From positions 548,848-612,847 of the forward strand of contig CP060225.1 in the NCBI GenBank assembly GCA_023898485.1: a stretch of DNA of 64,000 nt, in the 5' to 3' direction. Origin of the DNA: Candidatus Peribacteria bacterium. Lineage in GTDB: Bacteria > Patescibacteriota > Gracilibacteria > Absconditabacterales > Absconditicoccaceae. The notes beneath the pieces are model-generated. The model was not told the DNA's origin, searched no databases, and saw only the letters and a list, made by a program, of their open reading frames with translations. Made by a program: the position numbers and the translations under genes. Positions 44,773-56,400 of this stretch are shown one piece after another. Position 1 is the first letter of the stretch; every line of letters begins with the position of its first letter.

Positions 44773-46506
44773 CTACACTCACACCTGCTGTCTCCACAGT
44801 GCTGCGTAGAGTCACTGGTGAGCAAGGAGTTCTGTATGGGAACCTGATTCAATAATGTTTCCTGCTTCCAAGACATAGATCGTATCTGCATACATAATCG
44901 TACTCAGACGGTGGGCAACGAGAATAGTCATGAGTTGATTGTTTTCGTGGGTGATTTCTTTGATCGTGTCGGTGATCTGTGCCTCGATCAGTGAGTCAAG
45001 TGCAGAAGTAGCCTCATCGAATATGAGTAGATCAGGATGACGTAGGAGAGCGCGAGCGATGGCAAGACGTTGTTTTTGTCCGCCGGAGAGTTTAAATCAT
45101 CACTCACCAATCGACGCATCCAGACCCCTGTCATGGGAACGAATCAGGTCAGCAAGCTGTGCCTGTTCTAGGGCTGTTCGGCACTGCTCATCGGTAGCTT
45201 CTGGCGCTACGAATAATAAGTTATCTCTCACTGATCCAGTGAACAGCTGCGTCTCCTGCGCGACGACACCCAGGCGCTGTTTGACGGAAGTCCGAGCAAT
45301 TTTTCTTGAATCTTCATCATTAAGTAAGATCTCTCACTCATTAGGTTGATAGAGTCCAGTGATAAGCTTCAAGATGGTAGATTTTCCTGCGCCTGATGGT
45401 CCAACGAAAGCGATGGTTTTGCCTGGATCAAGAGAAAAGGTAATATGCTCCACTGCTACCGTATCATCGTATGAAAACGTCACGTCATCGAAGCGGAGCG
45501 ACGTGATCTGACTAATAGCGCGACCCGTATCGGTGTGAGTTTCTTGAGGAAGATCCATGATGTCTTGGATAGTTTGGCTGCTGGCTTTGGCTTCTTGTCG
45601 GTTTTTCACGACATCAGGTAACAGATACATGGGATTGAAGAGGAGGAATGAGTAGAACAGCAGTGAGAAAAACTCACCTACGGTCACATCACCCGTGAAA
45701 ACCATCCAGAGCATCACTCATTGCAAAATCGTACGGAGCAACTGGATCAGTGTACCCTGCGAGAAGGAGAGTGTTTTGACTAGCTTGAGTTTGTCGATCT
45801 CTAGATCAATGAGCTTATTGTTCACTGTAGTGAGATGGTTGATTTCTTGTGATTCAAGACCGAGTGATTTGATCAGAGTCACATTTTTGATGTTTTCGAC
45901 AGTCGATCCACTGAGTTCGGCAGACTGAGCGACGATGGAGGTCTGGGCGTTTTTTATCCTACGAGAGACGCTGAGTGAGGTCACGATCAGTATCGGTGGC
46001 AGTGAAATAAATAATACTCCCACCAATCGATGAACCCAAAACGCATACACCATCACGATAATCACACCAATCCCCGTGAAGAAAACGTTGCTGATGAGGT
46101 TTTTGAGGAGGTTTTGGATGTCGGTGCGAGCCTTCAGGAGTTTGTCGAGTAGTGATCATGACTGCCAATCTTCAAATACTCTATAAGGAAGCGAAAAAGC
46201 ATGTCCGACTCCTTGAGCGTAGATCTTGGAACCGATCGTCTGACTCATCAGGTTCACGTAGTATTCTTGGAAAGTGCTCGCCGTACGTGCTACGAGTGCT
46301 GCTCACACAGAGATCAGCGACCACTTGATAATACCAGCAATAAACTCCGACTGCGTAAACTGATCAATATGGCTCGCATACTGATCGATCAGAATACGAA
46401 AAATCTGCGGATTGACGAGTGAGAAGATCTGACTAATCGTCGCCAATACGAGCGCAAATGAGAGTAATGTGCGATAGCGGCGGAGATATCATCGGATGAG
46501 AGACAT
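44773..46506 (-). CDS. ABC transporter permease/ATP-binding protein (MsbA-like exporter)
   Basis: Six-TM N-terminal half. GPSGAGKST Walker A. ASIGE(G)(G)FKLSGGQKQRLAIARALL, where two consecutive TGA codons encode the conserved glycines. LLIFDEATSALD. 577 aa. Confidence 0.9.
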
Positions 46507-46582
46507 GGGAAAAAGAAGTTGATAAATATTCCACTACGATTGTGTTGATAAAACTCACAACATCATACAATATATGTCACAA

Positions 46583-47653
46583 TTATTGTAACTTTTTTCT
46601 CGAGAAAAATATTATTTTTGCAATAGGCTGGAGTATTCTTGTTATAAATACCCACTCTATCATTCGATTTTTTATTATATAGATATAGAAATTACTCGTT
46701 CGTCTTTTATATGTAAAGTTTGGCAATCTCTTTTCATATGACTGAATTCGTTGTGATGTATGTTGATCTATGTGTTGTGCTAGATTTTCTCAGAGCATCC
46801 TACCATATCTCATGGCAGTATGAATTCATCACGCTGTCAGTGGCGATACTGCACCTATTGCATCTCCTACCAAATAAATATTATCCCTTTGTCGCAATCT
46901 TACAATACCATTTATAGGTATGCTTCATCCCCTCCTTCCAACAATATACTGTTCTTCCAGTGAAAAAATATTTTTTATATTATATAAAAAGCGATCAAGA
47001 TCTGGTTTTTGTGTTTGGAAACTTGCAACTCCCACCTGTATTGTCTCTACTCATGGCACCACTCGACCCAAATATCACAATGTTATCTGCTGATCCAAGA
47101 AGCAGTGAAAGGCATCTAAATTCTTGCCCATTAGTGCATCATAAGAAAAATCATATTCTCTTCCCTGAAGAAATCTTGTATTTCTTCCTAAACCACACAC
47201 TTCTGCCACTTTAGAACGAGCGCCATCTGCTCCTACCAAGATCTGGCAAGATCATATGTTGGGCAGGATATAATGACCATTCGTGTCTCTTTGTATAGAT
47301 ACAAAACCAGTACCTAACATCACCTGTAATCATTTCTTTTGGAGTCTATGGTAGAGATCTTCAATCATGCTTCATGTGTTGGTGGTATAGAATGTATAAT
47401 CCTGTGAATCTATAGATAATATTCTTTGTTTCGGTGAATAAAGTACTACTTTATTGATTTTTTTAACAAATGTATCATCAGGCGATCGTTCTTGAAATGC
47501 TTCATCTACGATAATACCTGTAGTATTAGCGTTGATATGTAATGATTTTTTATGATCGATGACCAATACATTTCTTCATGATTCAAGGAGTGCTTGTGCA
47601 CAAGATAGTCATGCAAAACTAGCTCACACAATGATCACATCATAATGCTTCAT
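46583..47653 (-). CDS. FAD-dependent oxidoreductase, geranylgeranyl reductase-like
   Basis: MKHYDVIIV(G)ASFA(G)LSCA dinucleotide fold with UGA-encoded glycines. ...LVGADGARSKV...YLVGDAIGAVSPLTA(G)(G)IHTAM. 356 aa. Confidence 0.7.
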
Positions 47654-47819
47654 GCTGCTTATGATTTTATAGTAAATATGTTGGTGAACTATAATTATCT
47701 TATCTTTGTATGCAACGTCATCTTCCTTGCTATGTCATACACCAACTATTCTCATTGTACTTGTAAAATCATCATCAATCTATAGTATCTGCGATGTTTA
47801 GTTGTCAGTGAGCTGCTCT

Positions 47820-49352
47820 ATGAAATTCTATGATACGGTAAAAATAAATCTCCACTCTGGTAAGGGTGGAAACTGAATCGTCGCTGCACGCAGAGAAGCC
47901 AAAGTCGCCTATGGATGACCAGCTGGAGGAAATGGCGGTGATGGTGGTGATGTGATTTTCGTAGGTAATGATGACGAGAATACACTCCAAAAATATCTCT
48001 TCCATCATGACTATAAGGCAGTCGATGGCGAACCAGGTAAGACCAAAGACCAATATGGCGCAGGTGGTGACGATCTCGAGCTCACGGTCCCGCTCGGTAC
48101 GATCATACGTGATCAGGAGTCTGGACTCGTTTTGCATCAGATTACTCAGGATGGAGAGAGACGGACTGCACTAGAGGGTGGGCAATGAGGGATCGGTAAT
48201 ATGCACTTCGCGACCTCAACCAATCAGTATCCTGAGTATGCGCTGCTGGGTGAGCCTGGTAGGACGAGAAGTGTCGTCTTGGAGCTACAGCTGCTCGCGG
48301 ATGTCGCGCTCATCGGTACGCCGAGTGTAGGCAAATCGACCCTGATCAATGCAAGTAGTAATGCGAAGGCAAAAGTCGCCGCCTACCACTTCACGACGCT
48401 GGTGCCGAATCTCGGTATGGTGACCAAGCATGGTCAGGACTTCTCGATGATCGATATCCCTGGACTCATCGAAGGTGCTGCTGATGGCAAGGGTTTGGGA
48501 AATGCTTTTCTCAGACACATTTTGAAAGCGCATATACGAAACTTCGTCCACGACCTATCGCAGTATGAGACATGAATGGATGATGGCACCAAACTCCTGT
48601 CTGAAATCCAGCAATTCATCACTGCCAAATACGAACATCAAAACGACCGAGAACAAGAACTCGATCATATCAGTTATGAAGTGAAGGTCATCGATGGACA
48701 CATCCATCTGCTCGTGCGAGCACATTTTGTCGGAGAGAAAGAGATGAAAAAACACCTTCTCTTGGATAAGATGCTTCTCTGGGTACTGAACAAATACGAC
48801 CTCGTCAATGATGATGAAATCGTCGAAGAATATAAGCATGCAATGTTTCAGCATGTCATCGCATATTTCAAAAAACAATTCGATGCAGATCTCACGGAAG
48901 AGCTTCTCGGACAGAATACCTTCGTCGTCTCGGGTGCTACTCACTATGGTACCGATGCATGGCTATCGAAGATGTCCGAAAGACTCCAATCACATGAATT
49001 CATCAATGAATTTCATCTGGATCTCATCGAATCAGAAGAACTCATCCACGAGAGTCGCATCATCGATATCACCGAAGAAAAACTCCCCCAACTCATCGAA
49101 GAGGGATACGTCGAAGAGGGAGATAGTCGTTTTCTCAGGGTCTGGTCGGTCTCTTCTCCTGATGTGATCCGCGCAGTCTACATCACCATGCGGGGCAAAG
49201 AAGATGGAGAGCAATGGTTTTGGGAATATCTCAAAAAGCTCTGATTCCTAGATGAAGCTACTGAAACAGGTGTCCGCTATGGAGACATCATCGTCATTGA
49301 TCCAGGCAATTACCGTGACACGGAAGAGAGATTTGTACAGTGGATGAGGTAG
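47820..49352 (+). CDS. obg: GTPase Obg/CgtA
   Basis: [18 protein letters not shown](G)[13 protein letters not shown](G)[14 protein letters not shown]...[12 protein letters not shown]...DIPGLIEGA.... An OCT-like C-terminus is present. Four track ORFs share one frame. TAG at 49350-49352. Confidence 0.9.
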
Positions 49353-49355
49353 ATG

Positions 49356-50474
49356 TTATTGTTTGGGTTGATCAGATGTAGCATGTTTTAATTTCTCCTG
49401 AGCTGCCTCATAACCCAACTGCCCGCAGGCAGATTTTTCTTTGCGGCCCATGTTTTGGCGAATAGTGACGGTGACATCATATGACTCGACGATCTTTTTG
49501 AAGCGCTTGATTTGCTCCGGGTCAGATTCATGTAGATCAATGGCAGGATTTTGGTTATAGGGGATCAAATTCAGGTGTCCGCGACGATTGCGAAGGAGTC
49601 TGCCGAGTTGATGAGCGACCTCATCGGTATCGTTTTCGTCACGGATCATCACGTATTCGTAGAAGACTTGGCGGTCAGAAACACGGACATATTCATCCAT
49701 AAGCTCCATAAGCTTATCTAGTGTGTAGAATTTGGCCATAGGAACAAGATGTGCACGGAGCTCTTGGTTCGGAGCATGGAGCGAGAATGCGAGAGAGACA
49801 GGAAGATTGTCAGTAATAAATTTTTCTAAACCCTGGTATACTCCAGAAGTTGAGACAGTAATACGTTTGGAACTGAGGCCGAAATAGTACTCACTCGACA
49901 AAAATTCACAGACCTTCTTCACGTTCGGATAGTTCATCAGTGGCTCGCCCATACCCATGAAAACAACGTTACGAACTGACCAGAGTGATCCATCTTCCTT
50001 TTTGCCAAGTTTTTGTTTTAAGTAGTTGTTGGCGTAGATGACTTGTGCGAGAATTTCGGTTCGATGGAGATTTTTTAGTAAGCCAAGTGTTCCTGTCACA
50101 CAGAAGATACACCCCACCGCACAGCCTACTTGTGATGAGATACAGAGTGTGACGCGGTTGAGTTTGATGACTCCTGTGTCTTCATTGGTGTGATAGTGGT
50201 ACATCAGGACAGTTTCGATCACTTTGCCATCCGTCGTACGAAAGAGGAATTTGGTTGTCTCCTCGTCCTCAAGGATTTTTTCGCAGGTGAATGGTATGAC
50301 GTCGAAAGTGTCGGAAAGAAGTTTTCTATCATCTTTGGAGAGTGTGGTTATTTCGTCGATATCCTTGATTCATTGGTGAAAAATAGCTGTCTCTATTTGA
50401 CGGATGCGGTATGGTTGTCGCTTGTGTTCGGTGCGAAATGCTTCGAGAGCTTCGTGGTCAAAAAGGCTATACAT
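49356..50474 (-). CDS. rlmN: 23S rRNA/tRNA (adenine-C2)-methyltransferase RlmN (radical SAM)
   Basis: ...LCISSQVGCAVGCIFCVTG (CxxxCxxC)...GMGEPL...SLHAP.... The N-terminus is extended through one TGA to ATG 50472-50474. Confidence 0.85.
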
Positions 50475-50501
50475 ATATCTGTCAAATGGTAATAAAAAAT
50501 C

Positions 50502-51296
50502 TTAATGGCTTTCTTCTATCTCCTTGATCTGATCACGGATGACAGCTGCTTTTTCGAATTCTCGTGCTTCGATCGCTGCATCAAGTTGTCCTTTCAGATC
50601 TTTCATGATGATTTCCTTTTCCTTTTTGGTCATACGTTTGAGACGCTTTTGTTTGCCACGAGTGAGAGAGGCAAAGTCTTGCTCGAGCAGTTCTTCATCC
50701 GTTTTGACGGTGTGCAAATCTTTGGCAAGGGAGACGGCTGTTTTTGGTGTGATACCATGTGCTTGGTTGAACGCATCTTGTACTCCTCTCCTACGATAGG
50801 TCTCTCGGAGCGCCATGGTCATCGCCTCCGTCATCCTGTCTGCATAGAGGATCACTTCTCCAGCGGTATGTCTCGCCGCACGTCCGATCGTCTGTACCAG
50901 CGCAGTGGTGGAACGCAAGAAGCCCTCTTGGTCTGCATCCAATATTCCTATCAGTGATACTTCAGGGAGGTCGATACCTTCTCTCAAAAGATTGACTCAG
51001 ACCAAAATATCGATCACGCCTGTCTTGAGCTTTTTGATAATCTCCCGACGTTCGAAAGTGTCGATCTCACTGTGCAGGTAAAAAGCCCTATATCCTTTGG
51101 AAATGAGGAAATTCGTCACTTCTTCAGCAGACTTTTTGGTCAATGTGATGAGGAGCACTCTCCCACCATCGCCCTTGTGCTGATCGATCTTGCCAAAAAG
51201 ATGCTCCAAGAAAGCGGGCTGCTGTCCACTCGGGAGCTTGGTAAGCTGGAGATACTGGTCAAGATTGGGGAGAGACATAGATCTATCGTCAAACAA
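50502..51296 (-). CDS. uvrB: UvrB C-terminal fragment only (helicase domain 2 plus UVR domain); N-terminal ~410 aa absent
   Basis: RVLLITLTKKSAEEVTNFLISKGYRAFYLHSEIDTFERREIIKKLKTGVIDILV(G)VNLLREGIDLPEVSLIGILDADQEGFLRS...TIGRAARH...EFEKAAVIRDQIKEIE. An in-frame TAA at 51327-51329 caps the frame upstream. Confidence 0.7.
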
Positions 51297-51415
51297 ATGG
51301 AGTCAGTATAGATAAGGAGGGAGATATTACAATGGATTATGTTCCCTCTGTATCAATCTACTTACTTGGTCTATTGAGATTATACACAATTTTGTATCAA
51401 AAAAATACTTTTAAG

Positions 51416-51442
51416 AAAAAGAGCCTAAAATTTTAGGCTCCT
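51416..51442 (-). terminator. Rho-independent terminator of the metzincin gene
   Basis: Perfect 20-bp palindrome gagcctaaaa/ttttaggctc (51421-51440), followed by a T-run on the minus strand. Confidence 0.7.
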
Positions 51443-51464
51443 TATTTACTATCTGGATCAATTA

Positions 51465-52403
51465 TCACCAGTAATAGTTAAGATTTGTTAAATCACAAGC
51501 AGTAAATCCATGTCCTGCCCATCCTTCATTATATGTTTGTGTTGAGTGCATAAATGAATGAGTGGATGAGTTTTCATTACACGTGGGATCAGTTGCAAAA
51601 ATCGTCGAACTAGTACTAGCATTAGTATGCTGAAAACCTATTGCATGACCAAGTTCATGAACCATCATTTTCTTTTTTGCATCCGCTGTGGGATCTGGAT
51701 TTGTTGTAGTTGTATTCACCATCAACCTTTCACCAAAGTATCCTGGATCTCCAGGAAGATCAGTACCAGCCCACCAATTTGTTTTACCTGCCATTGGTGT
51801 GCCAAACACATTAATATAACCTCCAACAATATTAGTATTACTGGCATTTACTACCACAAAATTTACATTAAGATCAAGTGCATTCCACTCATCTACCGCA
51901 TCCTCTAATGCGGTACGCCAAGCGGATGTAAGAGCTACTCGCCCATTGCCGCTTGTAATAAAAGCGCGACAAGTAATTGTGCCTCCTCCTGAATCGAACA
52001 TATGAGTATGCCGTTTCATCCTCATTGAAGTGTTATTTTGCATATCTACACTCTCTTCCATCATCTCCTGTAGTACATCTCTTTGGATTGTAGTACCATC
52101 CATATCTGTACTCTTACCAACTCGATAGAACTCTACGTAAATCATCTTCCCATCTTCTTCTTTATCATATGACTGTAATACTTGATCTGCTGGTAGTTGC
52201 AATAGTTGTTCGTATACCACAGAGTCAATCATATCGTGCTGATAGAGAAAATCAACTTCTCTTTTTACTGATGGATCAGAATTTTCAAGTGTAGATATTT
52301 CCTCCGTCTTGAGGGTAGTTTGATCGTCTTCCTGACAACCTGTCAAGAAAAATATACTTCCAAGAAGCATACACGATAATGTGAATAATGTAAGTGGTTT
52401 CAT
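51465..52403 (-). CDS. Metzincin-type zinc metalloprotease lipoprotein (HExxHxxGxxH; M57/HEIGH-like)
   Basis: MKPLTLFTLSCMLLGSIFFLTGC carries a lipobox. MMVHELGHAIGFQH. AT-rich. No TGA in the entire ORF. Confidence 0.7.
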   Translation of the reverse strand: MKPLTLFTLSCMLLGSIFFLTGCQEDDQTTLKTEEISTLENSDPSVKREVDFLYQHDMIDSVVYEQLLQLPADQVLQSYDKEEDGKMIYVEFYRVGKSTDMDGTTIQRDVLQEMMEESVDMQNNTSMRMKRHTHMFDSGGGTITCRAFITSGNGRVALTSAWRTALEDAVDEWNALDLNVNFVVVNASNTNIVGGYINVFGTPMAGKTNWWAGTDLPGDPGYFGERLMVNTTTTNPDPTADAKKKMMVHELGHAIGFQHTNASTSSTIFATDPTCNENSSTHSFMHSTQTYNEGWAGHGFTACDLTNLNYYW

Positions 52404-52642
52404 CGTACTAATACTTTTAAATAATTGTGTCATTTGTTTGAATTTTTTAGTTAATTGATACTTTGCCACATTAAGGTAGTGGTTATACCTATTTACTATC
52501 CTACTGTACTTCAGATAGAAAATAATGTAATTTTTAATGATCTTTATGAATTTATATTTTATTGATTTTTATTTTACAGCGGGAGTTTATACGACTATAT
52601 ATATATGATTGCAAGGAAAAATTTTTTCTCAATCACAAATAT

Positions 52643-53686
52643 TTATACCACATTCACCTCTGCCTCGAGTACTACGCCGAATTTCTCCTTCACTGCACGG
52701 ATAATATCCTGTGCGAAACTCCAGACTTCCGCTCCTGTTGCTGAGCCATGATTGACGAGGACGAGGGCGTGATGGTCATAGTTGCCTGCATCGCCGACTC
52801 TCGTCCCACGGGGATATCCTGCGAGTTCGATGAGTTGTGCTGCGGAGAGCTTATAACTATTTGGTCTCTTTCATCCATTGAGTCCATTTGGTCCATCATG
52901 AATTTCTCGTCACACCAAATCTCCATACTCACCCAATAGCTTCTCATACTCACTCTGTGAGATTGTCGGATTACGAAAAAACGATCCCGCTGTCCCTATC
53001 TCATGTCGATCAGGGAGCTTGGATTGGCGGACTTCTATCACTCTTTGGGCAACGTCCATGGGGGTCAGTCACGCCTTACTCTGTAAGTCTTCAAGCCCTT
53101 TGTATTCGAGTCTGGGTGAAGGATTTTTGGATAGCTGAAATGTCACATGCGTGATAAAAAATTTATCTTTGAGTTCGTGTTTGAACACACTATCACGATA
53201 GCCGAAATGACACTCGATAGGGTTGAGTGCACGAATATCTCTGGTCGTCAGATCAAAACCTTTGACAGACGTGATCACGTCCTTGACTTCGACGCCGTAT
53301 GCCCCGATATTCTGCACAGGAGCTGCGCCGACCGTCCCAGGAATGAGTGCGAGATTTTCGGCTCCTCGTCGGCTGCGCTCTGCTGCTCGCATCACAAAAT
53401 CATGTCGGATCACTCCTCCACCGACCATGACTTTCATGGTGTCACCATCCAGGGAGATGATGCGCATCGTGTCGATACTATTGTGGATCACGAGCCCATC
53501 GAAATCTTGCGTAAGCAACAGATTGGAACCGCCTCCGAGAAACAGTTTGTTCGCAGTATTTTGGAAAATCGGATCCTGCATGAGCTTGGAAAACTGGTCA
53601 GGAGTCTGGATGTCCACGAAGTAGCGAGCCGTGACACTGACGCCGAACGTATTGTAGGGTCTGAGATCGATATTGGATTGAATCAT
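52643..53686 (-). CDS. murB: UDP-N-acetylenolpyruvoylglucosamine reductase MurB
   Basis: MIQSNIDLRPYNTFGV...FLGGGSNLL...IPGTVGAAPVQNIGAYG...GSFFRNP.... Track ORF 53069-53686 extended through 3 TGA codons to TAA 52643-52645. Confidence 0.9.
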
Positions 53687-53784
53687 GATACATAGATAGA
53701 TAAACCTCTCCCAGTCTACAAAAAATCCCTCTTATAACAAGAGAGAAAGTGAAGGGAAAATATCATGCACAACTACACAAAATA

Positions 53785-55704
53785 CTACGTCACTTTTTTG
53801 TTCAAAATGGCATCATAAATTTCTGGATATATTTTATTACCCCAAAATTTCTTTTTGACAGGATCTATCATACTCTCATCTATTGATACAGACACATTAT
53901 GATTATTATAGTTATGATCCGTATAGTAAATAATAATTCTATTCTCACTGGGGCTCTGTAAGATATTAGTAATATAACGGAGACTATAATTTATCTTTTC
54001 TATATCGATCTCAGAACCCACAGATTTAGCATACGTAATGATTGAATCAATCATTTGTGGTCCGTTGTCACGTAAGGTCTTCGTAGCAGCTCTAAGATTG
54101 TCCTCTCGCTTTTCTTGTTTCTTCTCCTTTAGTAACTTAGCTGATTTCTCATTCATCAATTTGAGAATACACTTCTTAAGTTGATCATTATCAACAGCAT
54201 TCCCATCCCATATTTTCGATATACTAACAGTTCACAGACTTTTCCCATTGAGCTTTATACTTATTGTTGCCCTATTCAAATATGACATTTTATAGTCAAA
54301 ATTTTTTTCATCAAGTTGACGATTATGCCCTAAAATAACATCATATTCCTCCACTAATACACTGAAAGAGTCCTTATACTTTTCTTTAAAAAGGAATTTC
54401 TGCTCCTGTAGAGAGTTCATGAAATCAAGCTTTTGACCGGGCTCCAAATCCCTTCCTACAAAAACGTTATTATTTGCCATCTCTTTAGTCTTGGTTTTTT
54501 CCATCCACAGTGGCTTCTGCGTCTGTGATTTTCCCTGGTTGGGAAGAGTCAAAGCTACAGGAATATTGTTCTTTTTAGAATTATTTTCTATCTCTTTAGT
54601 CTTGGTTTTTTCCATCCACAGTGGCTTCTGCGTCTGTGATTTTCCCTGGTTGGGAAGAGTCAAAGCTACAGGAATATTGTTCTTTTTAGAATTATTTTCT
54701 ATCTCTTTAGTCTTGGTTTTTTCCATCCACAGTGGCTTCTGCGTCTGTGATTTTCCCTGGTTGGGAAGAGTCAAAGCTACAGGAATATTGTTCTTTTTAG
54801 AATTATTTTCTATCTCTTTAGTCTTGGTTTTTTCCATCCACAGTGGCTTCTGCGTCTGTGATTTTCCCTGGTTGGGAAGAGTCAAAGCTACAGGAATATT
54901 GTTCTTTTTAGAATTATTTTCTATCTCTTTAGTCTTGGTTTTTTCCATCCACAGTGGCTTCTGCGTCTGTGATTTTCCCTGGTTGGGAAGAGTCAAAGCT
55001 ACAGGAATATTGTTCTTTTTAGAATTATTTTCTATCTCTTTAGTCTTGGTTTTTTCCATCCACAGTGGCTTCTGCGTCTGTGATTTTCCCTGGTTGGGAA
55101 GAGTCAAAGCTACAGGAATATTGTTCTTTTTAGAATTATCTTTTCACATAACACTATTGTCTATCGGTATATGTTTTATACCTAGGAGTTTACTAATCAC
55201 TTGTTGACCCGCCCATCCATCATCAAGATCAAGACTATTATCTTTCTCAAAGTTACGCACTGCTTGCTTCGTATCCTTACCATACAGACCATCAATTGCA
55301 CCAGAAAAACTGTTATTCTTGGCTAACATATATTGCACTGCGATCGTCAGTGCCGCACCACCATTGCCATACACTTCACCAAAACTTTTGCCGCTATCAA
55401 ACTGAGCTTTCGCATCACCCAAGATAGATTTCATCGTACTTTCTACCTTAGCCTCATCAACTTTTGAAAGTTGTTCTGATAATTTACCTACCAATACTGT
55501 AGTCTGTAAGTTAGTGGTTTCTTTTTTTGTTTCGTCAGTGACTTTTTGCTCCTCCTTTTGTTCTGTGATAGCTGTTGCTTCCTCTTTCTGTACCAAAGCA
55601 TTAATATGAGGATTGGCAAGAAGCTGCTCTTTGAGCCATTTCATATCATTTTTATGATTTGATCAGTCACGATCAATCACTTCACTGAATTGTGGATTGG
55701 ACAT
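53785..55704 (-). CDS. Peptidoglycan-binding-domain protein with six identical 37-aa repeats (639 aa)
   Basis: Track ORFs 55144-55644, 54232-55107 and 53785-54159 share one frame and are joined by TGA. PG_binding_1-like segment: TIAVQYMLAKNNSFSGAIDGLYGKDTKQAVRNFEKDNSLDLDDGWAGQQVISKLLG. Confidence 0.7.
54466..55138. repeat. Perfect tandem repeat, 111-bp unit x ~6, in frame within the CDS
   Basis: Unit starts at 54481, 54592, 54703, 54814, 54925 and 55036. All copies are identical by eye. Each encodes TLPNQGKSQTQKPLWMEKTKTKEIENNSKKNNIPVAL. Confidence 0.9.
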
Positions 55705-55945
55705 TAGAAAAGAAAAATACACTAAAAACTACCGCTAGTATATTCTCTTGGTGTGGTTTTGTCAAAAAAAGCACAACAAAATTCCTTCTCTCTTTATTGT
55801 AGCATATATCACTCTCACCCCAAGAGTCAAATATCAATATACCATATCCTCTTGCAAAAGAATATTTCTGTCTTTACTCTCGACGCTAGTCATGAATGTT
55901 TTGTGTTTCGTTCGTGGATATGCTTTTATTACTATGATAGATATA

Positions 55946-56335
55946 ATGGACTTGAATAAGGTAATGATTATCGGTCGCGCTACGACCACCATTGATGTCA
56001 AAACTATTGAAAGTACTGGTACTGCGGTCGTTAATTTCGTCGTGGCCACCAATCGCAAGTACAACAACAAAGAAGGCAATACTATGGAAGAAGCAGAATA
56101 TCACAGATGTGTGTCTTATGGGAAGTGAGCTGAGGTTCTTGGTGAATATCTCCACAAAGGCAAAAGGATATATATCGAATGAAGGCTTCGCACACGCAAA
56201 CGAGAGGACGCTCAAGGTGTTGAAAAATATTCTACCGAGATTATTGTAGACAATTTTATCTTCCTGGATAGTAAGTACGACACCGAGCATACACATACAG
56301 AAAATGACGAAACAGACGATGATGTGCCATTCTAG
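55946..56335 (+). CDS. ssb: Single-stranded DNA-binding protein
   Basis: MDLNKVMIIGRATTTIDVK...FVVATNRKY...EYHRCVSYGK(G)AEVLGEYLHKGKRIYIE(G)RLRTRK...DDDVPF acidic tail. Confidence 0.9.
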
Positions 56336-56356
56336 ATATAGTACGTACACCTCATA

Positions 56357-56388
56357 TTGTCTAATGTAGTCCGTTGTCTAATGTAGTC
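56357..56388. repeat. 15-mer TTGTCTAATGTAGTC duplicated in tandem (17-bp period)
   Basis: Copies at 56357-56371 and 56374-56388, in the convergent ssb/GT4 intergenic spacer. Confidence 0.8.
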
Positions 56389-56400
56389 TGATATTTTTTC

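Noticed and set aside
53147-53695. Long ORFs antisense to well-supported genes: the 182-aa plus-strand ORF antisense to murB, 40518-41048 antisense to the LCP gene, 12289-12852 antisense to giant B, and 1403-1912 antisense to the DnaQ-like gene.
   Set aside because: The opposite strand in each case carries a recognisable or much longer coherent gene. These ORFs have no motifs.
54466-55138. Possible CRISPR array because of regularly spaced identical repeats.
   Set aside because: The 111-bp units are directly adjacent with no unique spacers. They maintain an open reading frame inside a protein, and no cas genes are nearby.
54491-55207. 238-aa plus-strand ORF with a striking internal repeat (VFSIHSGFCVCDFPWLGRVKATGILFFLELFSISLVL...).
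   Set aside because: It is the antisense shadow of the 111-bp tandem repeat. The minus-strand frame connects to a PG-binding domain and flanking ORFs, while the plus-strand product is hydrophobic nonsense with no context.
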